A DNA stretch of 64,000 bases from Gemmatimonadales bacterium (GCA_039794085.1 JBDIWC010000002.1:64001-128000); one strand, 5' to 3'; numbered from the stretch's first letter, positions 30,303 to 39,696 are shown. Notes: generated from the letters alone by a model not told the origin. A program made the numbers and translations.

Positions 30303-30725
30303 CTACCAGCACGCGGGGACACCCTCCACCCGGACATTTCGATTGGGCGAGTTGGACACGGGTCCCGCAAAGATCCCACACCGGCGGGGAGCTGTGCGCA
30401 AGGCTGGATTGGTGGCGGTGGCGTTCCACCCCGTGGGGCGTCGCCGGACTCGAATCACATTGGCCCCGGAGGGAACGAAGGAGATCCGTCCCCTCCCGCG
30501 CACTCCATTGATGGTCGGTCCCGCAGTCAGACCGCCGGCGTAGTCGCCGTTGGTGCTGAAGAAGGCCTCCTGCATGGGCACCAGGTTCCGGAGGTCGGAA
30601 ACCATTGTGGTCCGAAGCGCCCGTTCCTTCTGTTGTCCGCTTTTGATGATGGCGATGCTGGCCAGCACCGAAAGAATGCCGAACACCGTCATCAGTTCGA
30701 TCAGGGTAAAGCCGCGGCGGTTCAC
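30303..30725 (-). CDS. Type IV pilin-like protein
   Basis: GGAGG precedes a GTG start. Class III signal NRRG|FTLIELMTVFGILSVLASIAI and a C-terminal cysteine pair (CGIF...PACW). Alternative ATG at 30740. Confidence 0.88.
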   Translation of the reverse strand: MNRRGFTLIELMTVFGILSVLASIAIIKSGQQKERALRTTMVSDLRNLVPMQEAFFSTNGDYAGGLTAGPTINGVRGRGRISFVPSGANVIRVRRRPTGWNATATNPALRTAPRRCGIFAGPVSNSPNRNVRVEGVPACW

Positions 30726-30859
30726 GAGATCCTCCGGCATGAGAAGTGCTGAGACGGCAAGTGTCCCTCTTCGGCACGGACTAGTGTAGCATGGGTGCGA
30801 GATTCCGGTCAAACGGTTCCGGTCGACGAGGCGTTTTGCCTCCTCCTCAAGAGTGAGAC

Positions 30860-31231
30860 ATGGCACGGATATTCATCGTCGAGGACAGCAGCGACAACAT
30901 GAGGCTCTTCCAGGCCGTTCTCCGGCTCCAGGGCCACGAGATTCGGGGGGTGGCGGACGGAACCGGCCTCCAGGAGGCACTGGAATCGTTTGCCCCCCAC
31001 CTGGTGCTCATGGACATCCAGCTCCCGGGCAAGGACGGCTACGAACTGCTCCGGGAGATTCGCGCCTTGACGGCTCCGGTCCGGACGGTGCGCGTCCTCG
31101 CGCTCACCGCCCACGCCATGTCCGGAGATGAGCAGAAGGTTCTCGAGGCGGGATTCGATGGATACATCACGAAACCGATCTCGGTGGCGACATTCCCGAG
31201 CCAGATTCAGGAGGCGCTCGACTCCGCATGA
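30860..31231 (+). CDS. Single-domain response regulator (CheY/DivK-like)
   Basis: IFIVEDS, LVLMDIQLPGKDG, ALTAHAM and YITKPI. Confidence 0.93.
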   Translation: MARIFIVEDSSDNMRLFQAVLRLQGHEIRGVADGTGLQEALESFAPHLVLMDIQLPGKDGYELLREIRALTAPVRTVRVLALTAHAMSGDEQKVLEAGFDGYITKPISVATFPSQIQEALDSA

Positions 31232-31728
31232 CCTACGCCCAGCCCCGGGGACCGCACACGGATTCGAAATCCGCTCTTCTGCAGGCGGCGGAGGCAGCCG
31301 TGGCGGCTTCCCCTTCAACACTCCCCGTCCGGGAACCCCGCCGGAACGACCGCCGGCGTGGCCTTCTTCCACTCCTTTTGATCGTGGGAGGTGCATGTGG
31401 CGTCTTGCTGGTGGCACGGCCCTCCTGGCTGTCCACTCCGCCCCCTCTCCCGGAGCCTCCGGTCATCGCCGAAGCCTCCGCTCGCATGACCCTGGTTCGT
31501 GAGGCGGAGCGCATCCGATCCTACCGCGACTCCCTCGGCCGGCTCCCGTCCACGCTCGCCGAGGCGGGCGGACCCGGTGAGAGTGATGTGGTGTATTCCT
31601 CCAGCCCCGATGGGACCTTCACCCTGCGCCTGGCGACCGACGGACGCCTCGTCCTGCACAGCACGGATAACGCCACGGAGTTTCTGGGGGCCAGCTATGA
31701 ATCCCTCCTCCAGAGGGGGTCTCGATGA
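31228..31728 (+). CDS. Hypothetical single-pass membrane protein (paralog of 29575-30060)
   Basis: ATGA overlaps with both neighbours. Membrane segment GLLPLLLIVGGACGVLLVA and GRLPSTLAEAG. Confidence 0.78.
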   Translation: MTYAQPRGPHTDSKSALLQAAEAAVAASPSTLPVREPRRNDRRRGLLPLLLIVGGACGVLLVARPSWLSTPPPLPEPPVIAEASARMTLVREAERIRSYRDSLGRLPSTLAEAGGPGESDVVYSSSPDGTFTLRLATDGRLVLHSTDNATEFLGASYESLLQRGSR

Positions 31729-32174
31729 GGAGTGACCGAAGGGGATTCACCCTCATCGAACTCTTCACCGTGGTGATTGTCGTGGGTCTCCTGGCTTCCC
31801 TCGCCACGATGAAGTATGTGGATTTGAAACGCTCGGCGCTCGTCACGTCCATCGCCGCCGACATGCGGGCGGTCCAGCTCGCCGTCTTCAATCATTGGGC
31901 GGATTTCCAGGCTTGGCCACCGGATTCCCCCGCCGGCGTGCTACCACCCGGCCTCGGTCCCTACCTGCCCGGAACCGTGCAGTGGGCGCCCACCACCCAT
32001 ACGCTCGACTACGAGGTCTTTCCCGCCGGTTCCAGCATCCTGGTCGGAGTGTCTGTCACCACCTCGGACCCGATTCTCCGGTCCAAGCTCGTCAGCTCCC
32101 TCGGAGGTACCTACCCCTTCTTCGCGTCCGGCGGGACTCTCACCTACATCCTTGTGGGTCCTGACGGACTCTAA
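31725..32174 (+). CDS. Type IV pilin / pseudopilin-like protein
   Basis: Class III signal RRG|FTLIELFTVVIVVGLLASLA. Confidence 0.88.
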   Translation: MRSDRRGFTLIELFTVVIVVGLLASLATMKYVDLKRSALVTSIAADMRAVQLAVFNHWADFQAWPPDSPAGVLPPGLGPYLPGTVQWAPTTHTLDYEVFPAGSSILVGVSVTTSDPILRSKLVSSLGGTYPFFASGGTLTYILVGPDGL

Positions 32175-32301
32175 GAGTTGAGAGACCAGGGTGAAGGCAG
32201 GGACCTTCCCCCCGGTCTCTCAACCCGCTATATCTCAAGGGTTGCATCGCGAACGCGAAAGTCACCCCGGGCTCACGCCCCCGAAGGTCGAGGACAACAC
32301 C

Positions 32302-33429
32302 GTGCCAGCCAGCCATCCATCGTTTCCGCCGGGTGATGGAGGGGCCTTCCTCAAAGCCGTCCGCCAGGCCGTCGACAGTCACCTCAAGGCCCATCCCGCC
32401 GCCACGGCCCGCACCACCCGTGCCATGTTGTTCAAGACCGCCCTGATGCTGGCGCTGACGTTCGTTCCCTACTCCCTGATTCTGTCGGGTCAGGTGACTG
32501 CCCCCGCCCTCCTGTTCGGCCTCGCCGCGCTGACGGGTCTCGGCATGGCCGGGATCGGATTCTCGGTGGCCCACGATGCCCTGCACGGCGCGTATTCGAA
32601 TTCTCCCCGCCTGAACTGGGCCCTCGGGTGCAGCATGGATCTCGCGGGGGGGAGCAGCTATCTCTGGCGCATCACTCACAACATCATCCATCACACGTAC
32701 ACCAATATCCATGGGACCGACGAGGACCTTGCGGTCTCCCCTCTCCTGCGTCTTTCCCCGCACGCGCCGCGGGCCTGGTACCACCGGTTCCAGCATCTCT
32801 ATGCGTTCGCCCTCTACAGCATGACCACGCTGTTCTGGGCCTTCGTCAAGGACTACAAATACCTGCTGGCCCGGGATCTCGGCCCCTATGCCGACAAGAA
32901 GCACGCTCCGATGGACGTCCTCGGGCTCCTCCTGGGCAAGCTCGTCTTCTACACCTGGTCGATGGTTCTGCCCTTCCTGCTGCTTCCCTACGCGTGGTGG
33001 CAGATCGCCGCCGGCATCCTCGTGGCGCATGTCGCGGCCGGGATCACTCTCGGTATCGTGTTCCAGCTCGCCCACGTCGTGGAGGAGACCTCTCACCCTG
33101 TTCCCACCACCGCCGGTGCCATGCCGGATGGATGGGCCGCGCATGAGATGTACACCACGGCCAACTTCGCCCCGGACAATCGCTTCCTCGGGTGGTATGT
33201 GGGTGGTCTCAACTTCCAGGTGGAGCACCACCTGTTCCCCCGCGTTTGCAGCATGCACTATCCGACGATCAGTCCCATCGTGAGACGGGTTGCCGAGGAG
33301 CATGGACTCCCCTACCACAGCAATCCGACGTTCCTGGGGGCGGTCCGCTCACACCTGCGGACCCTCCGCCGATTCGGCGCATCGGACGTTCCGCACTTTG
33401 CCTCGACGATGGGGACCGCCTCGACCTGA
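32302..33429 (+). CDS. Membrane fatty acid (acyl-CoA) desaturase, front-end-like
   Basis: His boxes HDALH, HNIIHH and QVEHHLFP. GTG 32302 follows GAGGA. No HPGG cytochrome b5 motif. Confidence 0.92.
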   Translation: MPASHPSFPPGDGGAFLKAVRQAVDSHLKAHPAATARTTRAMLFKTALMLALTFVPYSLILSGQVTAPALLFGLAALTGLGMAGIGFSVAHDALHGAYSNSPRLNWALGCSMDLAGGSSYLWRITHNIIHHTYTNIHGTDEDLAVSPLLRLSPHAPRAWYHRFQHLYAFALYSMTTLFWAFVKDYKYLLARDLGPYADKKHAPMDVLGLLLGKLVFYTWSMVLPFLLLPYAWWQIAAGILVAHVAAGITLGIVFQLAHVVEETSHPVPTTAGAMPDGWAAHEMYTTANFAPDNRFLGWYVGGLNFQVEHHLFPRVCSMHYPTISPIVRRVAEEHGLPYHSNPTFLGAVRSHLRTLRRFGASDVPHFASTMGTAST

Positions 33430-33451
33430 GGTCCTGGGCCGACACGCACAA

Positions 33452-33537
33452 TGCTCGGGGCGGGGATCGAACCCGCAAGGGAGCTTCCTCCCACCGGATT
33501 TTAAGTCCGATGCGTTTGCCAGTTTCGCCACCCGAGC
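33452..33537 (-). tRNA. tRNA-Leu (anticodon TAA)
   Basis: Acceptor stem GCTCGGG/CCCGAGC-A, anticodon arm TCGGA-CTTAAAA-TCCGG, long variable arm and T arm GCGGG-TTCGATC-CCCGC. CCA is not encoded. Confidence 0.96.
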
Positions 33538-33656
33538 CAGATGACGCATGAGATATAGCACGGTCCGGGGGCTGGCACACCCCGGATCGCCCGGCACGGC
33601 ATGACCCGCCGGTCGGGGACTGGCATTGCACTCGCCGGTTCGCCACTTTCCCGCCC

Positions 33657-35243
33657 ATGCGTTTTTCTCTCCCGGCCCGCGTCGGCCTCGTCATCCTCAT
33701 CGTGTTCCTCCCAGCCTTCGCGTCCGCCCTTTCAGCCCAAATGCCCCCGCTCACGGTTCCGAAGGGGAAGTTCCGGTTCGACCTGTGGGGTGAGTTCCGG
33801 GACAGCGACCAACGGTTTTTTCAGGGGGAGAAGCAGGACCTCGCCCAGGACTTCACCACCTCGGCCCTCGGCAGCGGGACGATGCCCTTCCTGCGCGACG
33901 CCGAGGCCCGGATGGCGGGGCTCGGGGTTGGCGGTTTTCAGTTCAATCTCGGCGCCACCCGGGCGAGTTCGCTCGTCAACCTCGGCACGATCGGGCTCGG
34001 CCTCGCGGTGGGGATCACCGACCGCCTCACCCTCTTCGGCACGGTGCCGATCGTCAGGGTCCGGGTGCAACCCGAGGTGCGATTCGACAGCACGGGGGCC
34101 AACGCGGGGTTCAACCCCGCCGATCCGGTGTTTGGAACGGCCCCGGGGCAAAGCGCGGCAACCCAGTTCTTCGTCGGCTTCGATGCCACCCTCGATACCC
34201 TGGCCCAGCGTATCGGGTCGGGATTCTACGACTCCTCAGGTCAACGCGCGCTGGCGGAGGCCACCCTCGCCAGTGGCACCGCCCTGCGGGATGGACTCCG
34301 GGGACTGCTCTCGGATCCGGCGACTGCGAGTCGTCTCCTTCCCCTGGCGGGCAGTGGAGCTGCCGCGGCCCTCACCAGTCCCATCACCACGTTTCAGGCA
34401 ACGGTCACGGGCGCCCTCGGCCTCCCTGACTTCTCCGGGGCTCCCCTCTTTCCCACCGCGCCCCTGTCGAGCGAGGAGTTCGCGAACCTGATCACGAATG
34501 GAGCCGGCCCGATCGCGAGCCCCTTCTTCGAGGATGTTCCCACAACCACAAAAATCGGGGACGTGGAGCTCGGGCTCACCTATGTGTTGGCCGAACGCAC
34601 TCCCGGGACCCGGGGAGGGATGGCGCTCCGGGCCACCGGAATCGGATTGGTACGGCTCCCGACCGGCACCGTGGCCTCGCCCGATGTTCTGTTCGGCATC
34701 GGCTCGGGCGACAGCCAGCTCGACACCGAGGTGACCCTGGTGGGGGATGCGGTGGCCTCGTGGTGGGGGATCCGGGTCAGTGGCACCTACAACCGGCAGT
34801 TCGCATCCACGGTGGTCCGCCGCATTGCTCTCCCCTCGGAGGCCTTCGCTTCGGCCGCCAGCACGGCCACGGTTCGTCATGACCCCGGGGACGTGGTGTC
34901 CTTCCGCGCGAGCCCCTTCCTGCGCCTCGCCCCCTCCCTCGCCTTGCACGCCGGGCTTCAGTACTGGAACCGCGGTGACGACACCTTCACCCTCGGAGCC
35001 GGACAGGACCCCGCCCTGTTCCCCGATCCCGCTCTCCTGGGTCAGGACTCCGGGGCCTCCGCCACGAGCTTTCTCGGGGGTCTCAGCTTTGCGCACTCCG
35101 GCATCGGGCGCCGGGGGGATACTTCTCTCCCGATGGATGCCAGCCTGGAGTTCGAGCGGATCCTGAGCAGCAGCGGGGGCCGGGTCCGGGATGACCGCAT
35201 ACTCCGCACGCGCATCCGGCTCTACGGCCGATCCCCGCTCTGA
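33657..35243 (+). CDS. Hypothetical secreted protein, possibly an outer-membrane beta-barrel
   Basis: Signal peptide (...FLPAFASALSA|Q) and alternating hydrophobic strands (DVELGLTYVL, LALHAGLQYW, terminal RTRIRLY). Confidence 0.65.
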   Translation: MRFSLPARVGLVILIVFLPAFASALSAQMPPLTVPKGKFRFDLWGEFRDSDQRFFQGEKQDLAQDFTTSALGSGTMPFLRDAEARMAGLGVGGFQFNLGATRASSLVNLGTIGLGLAVGITDRLTLFGTVPIVRVRVQPEVRFDSTGANAGFNPADPVFGTAPGQSAATQFFVGFDATLDTLAQRIGSGFYDSSGQRALAEATLASGTALRDGLRGLLSDPATASRLLPLAGSGAAAALTSPITTFQATVTGALGLPDFSGAPLFPTAPLSSEEFANLITNGAGPIASPFFEDVPTTTKIGDVELGLTYVLAERTPGTRGGMALRATGIGLVRLPTGTVASPDVLFGIGSGDSQLDTEVTLVGDAVASWWGIRVSGTYNRQFASTVVRRIALPSEAFASAASTATVRHDPGDVVSFRASPFLRLAPSLALHAGLQYWNRGDDTFTLGAGQDPALFPDPALLGQDSGASATSFLGGLSFAHSGIGRRGDTSLPMDASLEFERILSSSGGRVRDDRILRTRIRLYGRSPL

Positions 35244-36913
35244 CCTGGAGACCGACCCACCGCCTCACCCAGCAGGGTCCGGGCATGTCGCCGCGCCGTC
35301 GCTCCCCGCGCATCCCCCAGCATCCGGGCCATCTCCGTCACACGCTCGTCCCCCTCGACCACCCGTACCTGGCTCGAGGCCACCCCCGTCACCACGTTCT
35401 TGACGACCACGAGATGCCGATGGGCCCGTGCCGCGATCGGTGGGAGATGAGTGATGACCAGCACCTGGTGGCGGCACGACACATCGGCCAGTGCGTGGGC
35501 CACGCGCACGGCGATCTCGCCTCCGATGCCCTGGTCAATCTCGTCGAATATCAAGGTGGGTACCTCGTCATGGGCCGCCAGGGCCACCTTGATCGCCAGC
35601 ATCAGCCGGGAGACCTCTCCTCCCGACGCGACCCGGTGCAGAGGTTGCAACTCGTGTCCGACGTTGAGCCGAACGAAGAAGCTCACCGATTCCGCACCGT
35701 CCACGGTCGGCCGGTCGCGCGGCGTCAGGACGACGACGAACTCGCCGTCGACAAATCCGAGCCCCGGCAGGAGATTGTTCACGGCTCGGGTCAGGCGGGA
35801 CGCACCACGGGATCGAAGAGCGCTCAAGGTCCGGGCCGCCTCGCCCACCCTCTCCTCCGCCTGGGCCAGGGAGGTGCGCAAGCGGCGGAGGTCCAGGTCA
35901 GCGGTGTGCAGGAGATCGAGCTCCTCGGCCACCTGGCTCCGGGTCTCCAGCACCTGCTCCAGAGTCGCCCCGTACTTGCGTTTCAGCCGATCGAGGGCGT
36001 CACGGCGTTGTTCCACCTCCGCCAGGCGACCGGGATCCTCCTGCATCCCGGCAGCATAGACGGTCACGGCACGCACCAGCTCATCCATCCCCGCGTGGAC
36101 GGTGTCGAGAATCTCCCTCCAGGGGCTCACCGAGGGGTCAAGTCGTTCGATGGCGGCCACGGTGCGGTCGGCCGCGGCAAGAGCGCTGCTCGCGGACCCA
36201 TCCTCCCCATCCAGGATCTCCATCAGACCGGCGGCGTGAGCTCGCAGGGCCTCGGCATGGCCCAGCTGTCTGGCCTCCAGATCGAGCAGGGAGTCCTCCC
36301 CCGGCACCGGCGCGGCCTGGTCTATTTCCTGGAGTGTGTGCTGAAGAGAATCACTCCGACGGCCCACCTCCGCCTGTCGGGCCTCGAGCGCTGCGACGTC
36401 TCCCGCGAGGCGATCCCGCTCGTGCACCGCGTCCGCCAGGCCACCTGCCGCGGGGGCGGCCTCGGCCACCGCGTCGAGGAGGGTTCGCTGGACCGCCGGT
36501 CGCACCAGGGACTGGGTTTCATGCTGTCCGTGCAGATCGACCAGAAGGCCTCCCACCTCCGCGAGAGCCGCAATGGTGACGGGACTTCCCTGCACCCAGG
36601 CCCGAGACCTCCCTTCGGACGACACCTCACGTTTCAGGATGAGGGGCTCGCCGTCGCAGGGAATTCCGAGACGGAGGAGGATGGGCACCACCAGGGCGGG
36701 TACCTCATCGAAAACCGCCTCGACCACGGCCTTCCCCACGCCGGGCCGCAGGGCGCTGACGTCGGCCCGGGCCCCGAGAAGGAGGCCGAGCGCATCGACC
36801 AGCATCGACTTGCCCGCCCCGGTCTCTCCCGTCAGAACGTTGAGTCCCGGCCCCAGGGGCACGGTCACATCCTCGACGGTGGCGACCCCGCGCACGCGGA
36901 GGTCGAGGATCAT
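35222..36913 (-). CDS. recN: DNA repair protein RecN
   Basis: LTGETGAGKS, DLHGQHE, ASGGEVSR, FDEIDQG and ITHLP. Confidence 0.97.
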   Translation of the reverse strand: MILDLRVRGVATVEDVTVPLGPGLNVLTGETGAGKSMLVDALGLLLGARADVSALRPGVGKAVVEAVFDEVPALVVPILLRLGIPCDGEPLILKREVSSEGRSRAWVQGSPVTIAALAEVGGLLVDLHGQHETQSLVRPAVQRTLLDAVAEAAPAAGGLADAVHERDRLAGDVAALEARQAEVGRRSDSLQHTLQEIDQAAPVPGEDSLLDLEARQLGHAEALRAHAAGLMEILDGEDGSASSALAAADRTVAAIERLDPSVSPWREILDTVHAGMDELVRAVTVYAAGMQEDPGRLAEVEQRRDALDRLKRKYGATLEQVLETRSQVAEELDLLHTADLDLRRLRTSLAQAEERVGEAARTLSALRSRGASRLTRAVNNLLPGLGFVDGEFVVVLTPRDRPTVDGAESVSFFVRLNVGHELQPLHRVASGGEVSRLMLAIKVALAAHDEVPTLIFDEIDQGIGGEIAVRVAHALADVSCRHQVLVITHLPPIAARAHRHLVVVKNVVTGVASSQVRVVEGDERVTEMARMLGDARGATARRHARTLLGEAVGRSPGQSGDRP

Positions 36914-37779
36914 ATCGGGCGTTCTCGCTCGGACAGATCTCCCCAGTGCAGCGTTTCCCGCATCCGCTGGAAGTAGTCGGACCGGCTGAGGCGCGCGAGC
37001 ACGACGGTCCCCTCGGCCCGGCGGACGTCGACCCGATGACCGGGGTGCAGCGTCGTGGCTTTCTGCCCGTCGATGGACACCATGAGGTTGCCCTTGCGGG
37101 AATCGAGCGGAATGACCGTCACGACGGAGGAGCTGGAGATAACGACCGGACGGACCGCCAGGGTGTGAGCACAGATGGGAGTGATCACCATGGCCTTGAC
37201 ACCGGGAACGATGATCGGCCCCCCCGCGCTCAGGGAGTAGGCCGTGGACCCGGTGGGTGTGGCCACGATCAGCCCGTCGGCACTGTAGGCCGCCGCCTCG
37301 ATGTCGTCGACCCTGACCTGCAGACGGACCAGCCGGGCAATGCCCGACTTGTGGATGACCAGATCATTCAGGGCGGTCGGAAGCTCCTGAGCTTCCCCCC
37401 GGGGACTGACGATCGTGGCCTGGAGCAACTGCCGCTCCTCCACATGGTGGGTCTTGTGGACGAGTGCATCGAGAGCCTCGATGTAGTTTCGTTCCCCGGC
37501 GGTGGTGAGGAACCCCACCCGGCCCAGGTTGACGCCAAGGATGGGAATCGGCTTTCCGTCGAGGATCCTGGCCCCCCGGAGGAGGGTGCCGTCTCCCCCA
37601 AAGGTCAAGAGGGCATCGAGAGGAGTGTCGCCCAGCAAGGGAACGGGGGCAGGCCAGAGCGATTGCAGGTCCGGTTCCGTCTGCAGTTGGACCCCGAGCC
37701 GGACGGCCGCGGCGTGGGCGCCGTGAAGAATGGCCTGGAGCCCCGCATACCGCGCGTTGCCCACGACCCCGATGTTCAT
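36910..37779 (-). CDS. nadK: NAD kinase
   Basis: GGDGTLL, GVNLGRVGFL and DGLIVATPTGSTAYSLSAGG. Confidence 0.96.
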   Translation of the reverse strand: MNIGVVGNARYAGLQAILHGAHAAAVRLGVQLQTEPDLQSLWPAPVPLLGDTPLDALLTFGGDGTLLRGARILDGKPIPILGVNLGRVGFLTTAGERNYIEALDALVHKTHHVEERQLLQATIVSPRGEAQELPTALNDLVIHKSGIARLVRLQVRVDDIEAAAYSADGLIVATPTGSTAYSLSAGGPIIVPGVKAMVITPICAHTLAVRPVVISSSSVVTVIPLDSRKGNLMVSIDGQKATTLHPGHRVDVRRAEGTVVLARLSRSDYFQRMRETLHWGDLSERERPI

Positions 37780-39674
37780 CGGGCCTCGAGCACGTCCTCG
37801 TGCCGCAATGCCAGGACACGGCGAACAATCCCCTCCGCCGTGAGTCCGAACTGCTCGAGCTGACGCCCGCGCGGCGCCTGCTCGATCAAGCGGTCCGGGA
37901 TTCCGACCGGGACCAATCGACACTCGGGCCGCGTCCTTTGGAGGTGTGCCGCAAGCATGGAGCCGAACCCGTTCACCACCGTGCCCTCCTCGATCGAAAG
38001 AAGCAGGGGGATCTCGGCCGCCAGCCGCTCCAACATGGCCCCATCGAACGGTTTCAGGAACCGACAGTTGACCACCGCCGCCTCAATACCCGACTCCTTC
38101 AGCCGTGCCGCCGCGTCCAGAGCCGGTTCCACCATGGTCCCCACCGCAAGGAGTCCCACGTCGTGGCCGGGGCGCAGCAGGTCCCAGGTTCCGTACGGCA
38201 CTGGCGGCACCTCCAGGATGGGGCGGGGGACGCGGGGGACCTTGTCGCGGGGATACCGGGTGCAGAAGGGCCCTGCGGTATGATCCAGGGCCGTGCGCAT
38301 CAATCCGAGCAACTCATCCCCATCCCGTGGAGCCGTGACGGTCATTCCGGGTACCGCCAACATGTAGGCGATGTCATAGAGGCCCATGTGGGTCTGTCCA
38401 TCCTCACCCACGAGGCCCGCCCGATCCATTGCGAAGATGACCGGAAGGCTCTGCACGGCCACATCGTGAATGATGTTGTCGTACCCGCGTTGGAGGAAGG
38501 TGCTGTAGATCGCGCAGACCGGGCGGATCCCCTGCGTGGCCAGCCCGGCGGCGAAGGTCACGGCGTGTCCCTCGGCGATTCCCACATCGAAGAAACGGTG
38601 GGGCCAGGCGGTGCCGAAGATGTTCGTTCCGGTTCCGCTGGGCATGGCCGCGGTGATCAGGACAAAGTCCTCGCGCTCGTGGGCCAGATCCCGCATCCCT
38701 TCTCCGAACACCTGGGTCCAGGTCGGGGGGCCGCTCGCCTGCTTGCGCGCCTCCCCCGTTTCCGGATCGTACGCCGCCAGACCGTGCCACTTTTCCCGGT
38801 TCGCCTCGGCAAACTTGAAGCCCTTCCCCTTCTCGGTCAGCACATGAACGACCCGAGGTCCGTCCAGTCCGCGAACGAACCGCAGGGTATCGCCCAACTT
38901 GGCGAGGTCATGACCATCGATGGGGCCGAAGTACCGGAACCCGAGCTCCTCGAAGAACATCCCCTCCGAGAAGAGGTTCTTGACGCTCTCCTCCAGATTC
39001 TTGGCGAAGTCGACCACCCCGGTTCCGAACACCTCTCCCAACGCCTTCGTCACCCCTTTCACCTTGTCCCGCACCTTGTTGGTCAAGGGGTTGGCCACGA
39101 TCCGTCCCAGCGTCGCGCTGATGGCACCGACGTTGGGCGAGATGGACATGCCGTTGTCATTCACAATGAGGATGATGTCCCGGCCCGAATGCCCCGCGTT
39201 GTTCATCCCCTCGTAGGAGAGTCCGCAGGTGAGCGCCCCGTCCCCGACCACAGCGGCGACCTTGTAGTCCTGCCCCAGGAGGTCGCGGGCCGTGGCGATC
39301 CCGAAGGCGGCCGACATGGCCGTCCCGGCGTGGCCGGCTCCGAAATGATCGTGCGGACTTTCCGACCGTTTGAGGAACCCGGACATTCCCCCTTCCTGAC
39401 GGAGGCTCGGGAAGTCGGCATTGCGCCCGGTCAGAAGCTTCCAGACATAGGCCTGGTGTCCGACGTCCCAGAGGATCTTGTCGGTGGGAGAGTCGAACTC
39501 GTAGAGCAGGGAAATCGCGAGCTCGACCACACCCAGACTCGCTCCGATGTGGCCCCCGGTGTGGGAGCAGCACCCGATCAGGCGATCCCGGATCTCCTGG
39601 GCAAGTTGCGGCAGCTGGTCCCGGCGCAGCCTTTTCAGGTCCGCGGGGCTTTCAATTCCGTCAAGCAGGGTCAT
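37776..39674 (-). CDS. dxs: 1-deoxy-D-xylulose-5-phosphate synthase
   Basis: GGHIGASLG, WDVGHQAY, GDGALT, DVGIAEGHAV and YSTFLQR. Confidence 0.97.
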   Translation of the reverse strand: MTLLDGIESPADLKRLRRDQLPQLAQEIRDRLIGCCSHTGGHIGASLGVVELAISLLYEFDSPTDKILWDVGHQAYVWKLLTGRNADFPSLRQEGGMSGFLKRSESPHDHFGAGHAGTAMSAAFGIATARDLLGQDYKVAAVVGDGALTCGLSYEGMNNAGHSGRDIILIVNDNGMSISPNVGAISATLGRIVANPLTNKVRDKVKGVTKALGEVFGTGVVDFAKNLEESVKNLFSEGMFFEELGFRYFGPIDGHDLAKLGDTLRFVRGLDGPRVVHVLTEKGKGFKFAEANREKWHGLAAYDPETGEARKQASGPPTWTQVFGEGMRDLAHEREDFVLITAAMPSGTGTNIFGTAWPHRFFDVGIAEGHAVTFAAGLATQGIRPVCAIYSTFLQRGYDNIIHDVAVQSLPVIFAMDRAGLVGEDGQTHMGLYDIAYMLAVPGMTVTAPRDGDELLGLMRTALDHTAGPFCTRYPRDKVPRVPRPILEVPPVPYGTWDLLRPGHDVGLLAVGTMVEPALDAAARLKESGIEAAVVNCRFLKPFDGAMLERLAAEIPLLLSIEEGTVVNGFGSMLAAHLQRTRPECRLVPVGIPDRLIEQAPRGRQLEQFGLTAEGIVRRVLALRHEDVLEAR

Positions 39675-39696
39675 GAGTCGGTCCCGTTCGTTGTCG

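Noticed and set aside
27116..33537. tRNA-integrated genomic island or prophage
   Set aside because: There is no integrase, I find no duplicate of the tRNA 3' end near aroA, and the GC content resembles the flanks.
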